A stretch of 64,000 nt of DNA from Laetmonice hystrix (taxonomy: Eukaryota). Shown here piece after piece: positions 53,801 through 64,000 of this stretch (within the stretch, counting starts at the first letter, position 1; every line of letters starts with the position of its first letter). A program made the translations under genes and the position numbers. Where the stretch lies: NCBI GenBank assembly GCA_965235115.1, contig OZ249436.1, positions 33,294,001-33,358,000 on the forward strand. Reading direction: 5' to 3'. The notes below the pieces were generated by a model. That model did not search any database and had not been told where the DNA came from. It saw only the letters and a program-made list of their open reading frames with translations.

Positions 53801-56800
53801 GTTGGTATTTATGCTCCTCTTGAAAGCAGAAAGCTTTCCCCCTCCCCTACACAAATCCCTCTGCCATCCGTCCGAGTCGTCGTATAACCCATGAGACAAG
53901 TAGTCGACGAGCACTCCTGATCAGTGAAGCTGAATGAGTCTGATTGCTGAATGGGGTTATGGGTTGGCCCGCGCAGCCCGGCAACCGACAATTCCACGTT
54001 TTCCTGCTTGTTCCCACCCATAAGACGCTTCCCCTGTTAAACTGTGATTACAGAGGCGCGGTTTTCCCCAGATGAATGACTAGTTAGCCCCTATTCTTAC
54101 CACGGCCTGGTCTTACACAATTCAGGCTTTCCCCCGCGTGCACATCGATCTGGGTTCCCTCTTTGCCGTAATCATCAACATTTTACCACAGCCAAACTTT
54201 CTGACTCATCAAATTACACGATTTCTGTGTCAATCTCCCCGTCCCAAGCACAACTATTAGGACGGTTTTATATTATGGTTCTCGGGAAGTATGCCAACAC
54301 GAGTATTTAGTCTAGCCTCCAGGTCGCCTCTTACTTTATATATGCTAGGTTAGGCCAGCTTAAAACATTCCTCTTATGTTTTAAATACTCCAAAAACTTC
54401 CTTGTTACAAGACATGGAAGCACATTAAACCTACTGACGTAAAGATTCCATGTAGCATAACATTGCGATTAAGTATTTCCGTACAAACTTCACTCCTGCA
54501 CTCATTTTCCCCCAAGACGAAAAACTGACTTAGAGGGTATGGGATCTGCAACATTCTACAAGTTTCAGGCTATATATTGCATGGAGAGAAGGAAAAAAGG
54601 GGGTTCTCTGAAAACTGCCCGCATCGGACCTTCTTTTTCAACTGAAGTAAAAAGACTATACGTGTACATTTCAATCTGTATCTCATGAACCATATTTTAA
54701 ACTAGACACCGTTCCTTGGACTTTTTTTCCCTTTAAGCAAGATTCATGAAACAAAAACCCTGGCTGCACAACTATGAATAACAAGGAGGGACAGAGGGGG
54801 TGTCTTCAAATACCTTACCAACCGCAGCTGTAATCTTCACAAAGTATCTTCTACCCCTCCCACAGTCTACTTGCCTTCTTCAACCCTTCATCTCAGCAAT
54901 AAACTACGTCAACGCTTGCAACATCTGGCTTTCAAAGTTCGCCTTTTCACAGCGAATTCGAAAGCATCACAAGTTAAGAAAGAGGAAGACGAAGAAAAAA
55001 AAACTGATTCAAAAAGACGAATCACTGGCTCGAAACCGCATTAAAATCTAAACGTAGAGAAAAGCATCTCTGGAATGCAGCAAAGGAAAAACATTCGGAC
55101 AATTTGTATGTCGTGATACAATAAGAAACAACAAAAATCCTTTCCTGCTTTCATTAAATTCACAAAGCTGTCCACGATTTCCCTCCCTGACTTTACTTGC
55201 TGTTAAATGGCCCTCTCGGGTTGGAGTCAGTATGTTACTGTTGCGTTACTCTAAATTAGCTGGTAGGGTACAGACGCTTCCCTCGAAATGATTTTCTACC
55301 GGCGACCACTTCAGTTTTACAACGTTTGCTGGTCGCAGCGTTCGGGTTGACCCTCAGTAACATGTCAGATTCCAGCATGGAGACGCAGTGGGTGAACAGG
55401 AATTAGCCCAACAAAATGGAGTGTCTAGCAAAGGTTAGGAGATCACTGGCAACTGATACGATCTACATTCCCGTGAACCTGATTAACCTTCTAGGCAGTT
55501 GCAGCAAATCAAGCGGGTGGACTCGCTGAGCACTGTGTTCATGTTTGCAAGCGATCGCACCCCATGCAATACCGGCCTGCCTAGCGGGGCACCCAAATCA
55601 GGGGTGGTTCAGTGCAAACGGCCTCTTCGCCCAACCCTCCCCCTTCCATCAGCGCTAAGGCCGAAAAAAGAACGAAATAATTTGGCAAGTAACAGAAGGA
55701 ATATGAGGGCACTTTCTACAGGTTCGGTTTGTACGGGTCCATACGACATTCACCCAGAGTACAGTTGAGCGGGTTTCTTCCCCCCCCCCCCCCCCCCAAA
55801 CAGCTTTAATAATGACAAGCAGAATACTGCGATGACCAATGACCAATGTAACGACTTCGTTACGCATTAGCCATTATATTTAGTATCACCCATTGAGTCA
55901 AGACACTACGAAACATCAAAAGACTCCATGTAACTGCTTCATGTGAAAGGGTCCGAACTAACAGTGCTTCCTCCTAGTGGGCAAACCCCAAAACAACATT
56001 ATACCTATGGCCACGGTATGTCCCCCCACAAAAAAAGTTGCCTTTTGCTACCGATCACGTAAGACAAGAGAAAGGAAGTAATTTTCGGAAGCAATCATCA
56101 GAGGAAGAATTTCTTTGGTGCGTCGTGACAAGGTGGTGATTGCCCCCCCCCCCCCTCCCATCGCCGCCCCGCCTGCTGACACGACAGGGGAAGCATCTGC
56201 TGCCGAGGAAGCTTCGTCTCTGATAACACCAACTATCGGCACATGAAAAATGAACTGCTAACATGGCTGTCATTCAACGCGCCCGACTCAGCCGAGCAGC
56301 AAGGATAGGGGAAACAAGAGATAGCATCTACCTGTTGGGATGCACCTCAATCAAACTGCTACTGGTTACACCTGCAATTTATGTGTACGTATCTGATGGC
56401 CACCGCACCTGACGATCGTACATACATAACCAGGTATATGTACATACGATTAGTTTTTAGGCTCAAACCTTAGGCTCAAACCTTCAAAAACATTTTGTCC
56501 ACACATTAAGAAATTCAGTCAGACATGCATCCGGTCCAATGAAGGCGAAAGATTCAGTTAGGAGTGAGGATAAAAAAAACACCTCAGCGAAGGCCAAAAC
56601 CTGCTGGTCATATTCCTGCACATAAATATACATACACCTTTTTCTTCTTTCTTTCCTTTCGTTTTTGTGCATATTTATGTCCTCTTTCTTATGGAGAAAA
56701 CTGCACTCTGATCTTTTTCTCCCTTTAAATCTTGCTCTTATACTGCTTAAAGCAAGTGAAGCCACTCGTCCACAGTAGGCCTATAATATATAGCGGTCGA

Positions 56801-57067
56801 CCGTCAACGACTACCATCTTGTGAAATGTTAAATTACACTTACTGGAGTGCAATCCATTCTATTAAACCAAACCAATCTTTTCGTGTCGACAACAGGCAC
56901 ATAACTGATCATCATTACTTCCTACCAACCCCTGCAGCACCACAGCTTTTTGGGATTGCTCCAAAGTTCGAAGATTGCCCATACAGGTGCGTGGAGGTGT
57001 CACTTTTGATACTCTGAGCGCCAGGTATTAAGTTTTGAGGTGCTACAAGAGCTCGGTCAGTACTAAC

Positions 57068-57227
57068 CTGGAGTTTTCTTGATGTGGTGGGCGGGACCAA
57101 AGCGGATCGACGTCTGGCCAAACGGACTCCGCTTGAGGCCCGTGATTTTCTTCAGGGTATCTAGGGAGGTCCGGGGGTCGTTGTAGGCCCCCGGCGCAGG
57201 GGCCTCCACTTTTATTAGACTGAACCT
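57068..57227 (-). CDS. STPG2: STPG2 internal exon, 160 bp, RFSLIKVEAPAPGAYNDPRTSLDTLKKITGLKRSPFGQTSIRFGPAHHIKKTP(G)
   Basis: ctctctgttacag acceptor, GTTAGT donor, phase 0-1. Strong similarity to the STPG2 segment PAPGTYNEPRTALKSLKKTSGLKNIPFGQSAVRF. This frame is absent from the ORF track. Confidence 0.93.
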
Positions 57228-60200
57228 CTGTAACAGAGAGTAAATACAAAAATAGGTGAAACGGATTGTTGGAATTTACGGCAAATTATGTTGTGGTATT
57301 TTGCTTTGCCTTTATAGTTTATTGCTCAATGAGTTTAATTTGTGATAGGGGAAATTTCATGCAACGCGATTTTAAAAACACTAATTCTTCATCATTTCTC
57401 TGATGATGATTATGTTTACACCACGGATTCTTTCTGACAAAAATGTTAATTTTTTTTAGTTTTGTAGTACCCCTTAACTACTGAACCCGAATGTTCTTTT
57501 GGACAAGCACCACAGACCACAGAATAGGAAGGTAGGCTACTCTGTGTAAGCACGTTCTTTGTCCAGTACCTGTGACAATAGAGTCACTTAAGTTTGAATA
57601 GGACTACCATGTTTCCCCCTAAAAGCTTAACAACATGGTCTGCTTTAAGGTGTCGTCACTAACAGTGACAATTAACATTCCTTATGCTGCATTGTAAAAG
57701 CTGAAAATTACCCTGATCTGGCTATGGCTCTCGCCTATCGCTTCCATTGCCTTGACCGTCTTTCGTAATTAAAAGCTCACTGGGACATTGTGTCGACAGC
57801 ACAGTGTCCAAGGTTGGTGTCGAGGGTATTCAGACACAGTCCCACGTAAGACTTTACTAATGGACCACCATTGTCAATGTTCTTTCAAAATGACCATCCC
57901 TCCCCCATAAACGCACCTTCTTAAGCCGCGCTAAAATACCTATTCTGCACCTTTGTCCTTTATTTGAGAGCGAAGAAAGCATCCTTTCATGTGAGAAGCG
58001 GACTGGGGCCATTTCCAGCAGGACTAGTCTTGATCGGGACAGTGATAACCTATATTTGGTTGGTGTATTTCACACCGGCTCGACCAGTTTCTCTTCTCAT
58101 GTAGAGAACGCCTCCTTTAACAAAAGTGGACTCTTCTCTGTGGCAATACCTGATCTCCACACTCAACCAGTCAACATGACTGCTTAATGAGATTCTACTA
58201 AACAATGGTACCCATGCAGGAAATTAGTCTTCACATTTGTTGTCTTTGTTGCTGGTCATTCAGTGGAAAATTAGGGTCTAAAAAAGTCTCTTAGCTTTTA
58301 CTTCTAAAGGCGACGTTATGTGGTCTTTCTATTTTTTCTTCTTAATTCAGCTATTTACACTGTACCTTGTCCTTGCTGAAAGATATTTAAAATGTACACA
58401 AGGCTAAATGCTTCAGTAAACAACAGCCTTTTCTAGTTCGATAGAAAGTTCCTCGATAGACTGACTAAAAATGCGTGACCTAATATTGTAATTTTCTCAC
58501 ATGAATTATAAAATAAACCTTACGCGCCGATTTTTTTTGGACCCCCCCCCCCCCCCCCCTTAAAATAAAGAAGTCTTTTGTACAAATACCACTAAACCTT
58601 CGGGCACCTTATAGTTTATACCAGTACGGATATTAAAATAACCTAATGAGACAATGGCCTTTACAAAAGAGCACCACCTGCAAACAATTTCCCTGGATCA
58701 GAACGCACCGATTCTCCGTGATAACTCTACCGACTTCCTACAGCCTGCTCTCAACGCCTGTTACTGGGCTCATCATGTGATAGCAGCACCGATAGAGACG
58801 AAGGAACGATAATTGAAGGCCATTACCTGAGACAGACTGGGAGTAATGAGAAGACAGGCGGAAAGTGTCACACCAGATGGTCAAAGACTTAATTACCTCC
58901 TCAATAACTTACTTCCTTCCATTCCCGCGGTGGAGACAAGCTCGCTCAAACATCAACTTATTATAAGTCCAATTTTTAACTGACCAAAAACACAAGGCAA
59001 GGCCAGTCACTGAACAGGTGAGTCGATTCCTACAATTTTTCTGAGAATGTGCACATTGAAAATGTGACATTCAACAATGTAGTATTCAACTAAACTTTTG
59101 ATCATTTGAATCCACAAGTGGTCATTATATTCTACTTATACCTGACTATGGCAGTAAAATGTACAATCGGCACAATTTCGGACAAGACGCCAGGATAGAA
59201 AATATATCATTGTTTTAGGACCATCTCCAAAGTTCACAAAAGCCCGAGCCCTTCAGGGGGGTTGACGCGAGGTGAGGCACGCCCGGTGAGCTGCCCGGCA
59301 CAGTGGACAATGACATGGTAGTTTGCCCTCTCGGCGGGGGTACCCACTCATTACATCAAATTTACCTGGTTGTTAGCACAGCGCCGACTGCCCGACAGCT
59401 GACACAGGCCGTGATCGATCGCATCCTTTTCAGCCTCACCAAAAGAAACACAACTACAGAGGTCAGGACCCTCGGCTGGGGTTCCCTCGGACTTCAAAGG
59501 AGACCCTCCTCTCCCCAGCCGACCGTCACAGGACTTTGGACAACATCAAGGGGGGCGAAACTCAAACCAAACAACGACCACAGCGACCGGGCAGGGGGGC
59601 AGGTTCGGACCGAGTACTTCAATACGCCCCACCCAACTAAACACCCTCCCTCCCTCCGTGAGAAACTCATCCCCATGCTTTGATTCTCATAGATGTGTGT
59701 GGCTTTTTGTTATTTGAGTTGGGCGGGGGCGGGGGCTCACAAAAAGGGGACTTACAATAACTTCCCCCAAGAATGAAATATAGTTCTTAGAAATCTCTTC
59801 AGGGTACAAATATTTCTTCCTAGCATTTAAAAAAGAAAAGACATATATATATGAGAAACCTGGTTTGAAATTGTACCAATACCTGACGACTCCCAGGCAT
59901 AAACACAACGACACAAGAACACAGAAACATGCGTAGTGCGAATGGATCCTGCAGTTCATATTATTTTCATAATAAATTTCTCATTTACCTGTACGTACGC
60001 TGCCTACTATACTATAACCCTAACCAGTTTATGGCGAGCACCGTACCATGGTGATTCAAGACCTGTCTACCATATCTTACATAAACAGCCAACGGTGTAT
60101 TATTTTTTATTTGTGTACATTTGGACCAAAATGGGAGAGAATAGGTGGGCCAAACTTGACCTTTGATCCAAGCTGCGACGAAAATATGCCATTTACTATC

Positions 60201-63200
60201 CTAAAAAATACCTAAGGTAAAAAGAACAAACACTTAGAGAAAAAAAACGAGACCGGTTGTGGCAGTATGATAGAGATGCTGTCAGAGTTACTGTGACTTC
60301 TGCTCTAAGTCCTTAGGCTAGAGTTTGCGGCAAATACTTGTTGCATGTGCACTAAAACGTGAAGTGTGTTTTCTACAGTAAATGTTTGTTTATGGTTGAC
60401 ATATACACTTCAGCCTGCAGGGAACAATGGGGTCATTTCGGTTAGGTATCCACGCATTCGCCCCCTCGATTGACCACCCCTGCCGTCTAACACTGTCCAG
60501 GTACCGTTAAAAAAAAGAGACTAACTCTTGAGTTTTAAAAATTGTGCAGAGAAGCGACATCACACACGTTATACCAAAGTTTCATGAGAAACGTCACACA
60601 ATGGAAAATAAGTTATTAATCTATGTGAAAGTGGTTCTATCATATTTCATCAAAATGACTCGGGAATAAAAGAACTTCTTGAATTTTAAGTTGAACCCCT
60701 TGGATCTATCTTGTAAAACCTACTCTCATCGATTAAAAAAGGGAGAGGAAGAGAGAGCTCGAGATATAAAGGTTCAACAGTAACACCCTATCTACAGATG
60801 GTTGATGGGCCAAGTGGTTTCATCATTAAACCAACCATTCAAACACTCAGTGATCTCCTTATCGGTTTAAGCAACACAAATCTGGGATGACCTTCGACCT
60901 GATCCTATCAGATATTTGGGAAATTACAGTGGATCAAAGACATAGAAAAACTCAGGTAAAAAAATGATGTGCCTTCATTCTGTTGGAATACAAAGCAGGA
61001 CGATCGTCTATAGGACAAAACGAACTGAGAAAGGACGAAAATGTCGTCAGAGATAGCGATGGTCGTAGTGGCAGGTTGATGGTGCGGAGGTGGTGTTCGA
61101 GTTCATGCCGTTATTAGGAATGCCACAGAAAAGAGACTTTTTGGGTTTTTTTTATCTTTCTCTCTCTATCGTTAATGGAAGTTCTCATATCTCTTGGAAG
61201 AAGTGAGTTGTCCTGTATGGTGGACAGCCTCAATAACGTAGTCTAAGTTTAATTTATAGCTTCATATTCAGTGAAAACCTTGGTACAAAGACTTGCCCCC
61301 CCCCCCCCTCCTCCTTTAACTTTAAGTACATTTCAATAAAGATATAAACTTAGTTAAAGCTAGTAAAAAAGTGATTCACTAAAGATCCCACTACCGGTAC
61401 TTATTTTTCTTTCCAAAATTCCCCCTGAACTACTTGTACTTAAGTTGTAGGGGCTAAGTCTTCTAGCAGTCATTAAAAATATGATAAAGCTTAGTTATGA
61501 CAGACTATGATTATTTACCTTATCTTCAAGCTATGACCGGACACGTCATGGTGAAGGTGTTCACTAATGTGCCAGGAGTTACAAGCCCTCAGGTATCATT
61601 GCAAGTTCTATTTCACTCACCGTTCTTCACTGCCCTGCCAGGTCAGAGCTTACGGAGAGAACAGCACTGATAAGACCATAAATAATAAACCAACCATAAC
61701 GAAAATGGTTCTGCTCTCAAAATACCATACATGAGTATAACCTGCCCACCTCCAATATTCCACATTCTCCTACGACCTGGAAGTTCGTGATTCATAGCCT
61801 AGTCATGACCAGAACACTCACCACAGAAAAAGTAGCCCAAGCAACAGTACGCTATTGCTACATGCTCAAACAACCCCAGCTTACCTACAGGAGTTTTACA
61901 CATCTCAAATACACATCATGACATGTATTAATTGTCTACAGAGGAATGCACATCTCTGTAATTTGAGTTGTACCGAATTCAACAAGAAACATACTTGATA
62001 TTTTGCAAGTGTCATCACTGACGAACTCTTTTCGTATTTATTGTACTCAACTTACTGAACTAGTAGTACGAGTCTCAGGAGGGCCTACATGATAAGTGAG
62101 GCACAAAGTGGTACTGTGGGCAGGCCAGCTGCCGTTGAGACCTCAAGGAATAGCCTCTGGCTGTGGTTAAAACACCTCCCTTGCCACAGACTTGTGTCAT
62201 TAGGTAATACAGGGCCTCTTGTTTCAACCAAAATGAACGCAAAAAGAAAACGCCATCATAGCCTTGCCGAAAACTGAATAATACGCCCCAATAGTTCCAT
62301 TTAACGGTTTCCCTTTTCATACCGTCGTTCTTTCTTCAGTTTTTTTTTGGATCTATAGGAATTTTGGCAAAAACTGCAACATTATTTCGTTATCACAAGC
62401 CGTCCTATCTACAACATTGGCATTCTCCGGCATTCCATGTGATAGTGGGTTGGTCAGGCATGCACCCTTCTGAGAGTGAGGGCTAGCTGTCTAAATGTAG
62501 ATAAATAGCCCCATAGTTGGCAGTTGAATACATACAACTAGAACTGCATACATGTGTACTCTTGTAAAAATATAACGCGACTCATACAAGGAATCTTGAA
62601 AATCCTGTATACCCCAAGTGAAGTCCTCCAATCTATTGGTGCCAACGGTAAATTTAATTTGTCTTCTCATCTATTTATGAAATATACTTTTTACAAATAA
62701 TGTGTTTTATAAAACTACCGTACTCAGCTCATTTTAAAAAGTAGTCATCCGAAGAAACCTGTTGCCCAAGTGGAATCGTATTCTTTTACTAATAACTCCC
62801 TCATTATCTCCTAGATCTACTAGTACTACTAGCTTGATGAGTAACATTTGGTAATTTTGTACTGACTTCAGGCAGACTGCATGCGCCACTTCAGTTCAAA
62901 CCCTGAAGCACTTCTACGCAAATAACGAGATTAAGAATGAATTCGTTTTTGGACTGTTGTTGGCAAATGGGGGGTCTTTAATTATAGGCGCCAGGAAATG
63001 TGGGACTTACGGCCCAAACAGAGAGACTGAGAGAAGAACCTATTTCTATTGCTCTGCATGTTTCATTGGTTATCACAGTAAACAGTCTCAGTTAAGTTCC
63101 ACAACATCTGAATTGCTAATGAATAGATTAAAAGCCTTGTCAATATCGAGACTTCAATGGGAAATGACTGAGAAGCATTTACTTTGCGATCACAATTATC

Positions 63201-63420
63201 TCATTGAAATTTTAAACATTATAGATCTCATTGCATTGCCAGGGTTGATTTGAACTGTGATAGAATTTTGTCAGTATCGGTTGCAGACCTGAAATACAAC
63301 AGCAAAGATTATAACGACACCTTGAACCCATTACCCGCGTTCTATCGTGTACGTGCACGTACTGGCTCCCGCTGCACCGACCAAAAAGATGCTGCATGGA
63401 TGACGCCCAATTACCTCCGT

Positions 63421-63435
63421 GCTGCCACCTAGTGT
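63421..63435 (-). promoter_or_regulatory. CTCF-like motif
   Basis: The plus strand GCTGCCACCTAGTGT matches RSYGCCMYCTRSTGG at 14 of 15 positions. Confidence 0.4.
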
Positions 63436-63632
63436 TTAGCACCGTACCTACCTTCCTGACTCCGTGAAGAACGCCACCTCTCGTGTAGCATGGAATTAAG
63501 TTCTGCTAGTTACACCAGAGGCAACTTTCCTATTCGGTTGGCAGGCTGCTGGCTGCTACCACAGAATACCGGGTGAAAGGAGCCTGTTATTTTTCAAACA
63601 TTTGTGATATATATATTAAAGTCACAACTTAC

Positions 63633-63746
63633 TTTAGCTTGTGATCCAAATGGTGGATGCTCTACTTCAATTCCTTCTGTGTTCACTTTGGGTGGTTTTT
63701 GGTCAAAGGTCCCTTGAACTTCATACTTTCCTGGACCAGGGACTGC
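63633..63746 (-). CDS. STPG2: STPG2 internal exon, 114 bp, AVPGPGKYEVQGTFDQKPPKVNTEGIEVEHPPFGSQAK
   Basis: tttcag acceptor, GTAAGT donor, phase 0-0, PGPGxY repeat. In frame with the RF start of the next exon (PFGSQAK|RF). Confidence 0.88.
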
Positions 63747-64000
63747 CTGAAACCATAGACTATGCAAGTAAATAAGATTGTAAAACAACACATAGTTCAC
63801 CAAGGCCCCAGCTTTCAAATTTATCTGAATAGCCAGTGAATTCTAAGCCAAACACCAAGACTATGACCGATGTCAGAGGATTCTGTTTTTGATATATATA
63901 TTAGTTTGCAAAGTAAACACTAGGTGGCTGCTCTATCTACTCGTGAAGCCAAGAAAGCCAGGCATATGATGACAGTCTGGAGTCTGGACTAGAGCAAGTC

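Larger units (their letters stand above)
2562..63746 (-). other. STPG2: Partial multi-exon gene model, STPG2-like (5 internal coding exons, 4 complete introns of 6405, 13040, 23199 and 17713 bp)
   Basis: Manual splicing gives AVPGPGKYEV...PFGSQAK|RFSLIKVEAPAPGAYNDPRTSLDTLKK...KTP|GPGAYN...VVK|DIPPPGSYEV...FIP|GPGTYE...GPGPGTYE with no stop. Phases 0-0, 0-1, 1-0, 0-1, 1-0 are mutually compatible. Motif order matches human STPG2 as I recall it (PAPGTYNEPRTAL..PFGQSAVRF; PAPGSYDV; KRF..PGPATYE). Confidence 0.9.

Noticed and set aside
60100-60900. DR1-like TGACCT(T)TGA/CGACCT motifs and ataccaaagtttcatgag
   Set aside because: Typical words of old non-autonomous DNA-transposon debris; no termini could be defined and no regulatory claim can be supported.

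Overview
Eukaryotic genomic DNA, almost entirely intronic. No prokaryotic features, CRISPR array, rRNA or intact tRNA were found. The only supportable protein-coding content is five internal minus-strand exons (63633-63746, 57068-57227, 43774-44027, 20391-20574, 2562-2677). They have canonical GT-AG boundaries and matching phases, and join into one open 828-nt (276 aa) frame with seven P(G/A/P)P(G/S)xY repeats, recognisable as sperm-tail PG-rich repeat protein 2 (STPG2). The 5' exons and the last exon were not found in the window. Introns are 6.4, 13.0, 23.2 and 17.7 kb. They contain a Harbinger-type MITE, an older foldback element, a 43-bp minisatellite with a 131-bp higher-order unit, microsatellites, many poly-G/poly-C tracts, and GC/CpG-richer islands carrying transcription-factor motifs. 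Composition and frequent TACATGTA motifs suggest a marine invertebrate such as amphioxus (inference only). I see no direct evidence of a new biological system. The best leads, all hypotheses, are an enhancer-hosting (bystander gene) architecture, an X-box plus DR5 module, CTCF-like sites and an in-frame candidate alternative exon.
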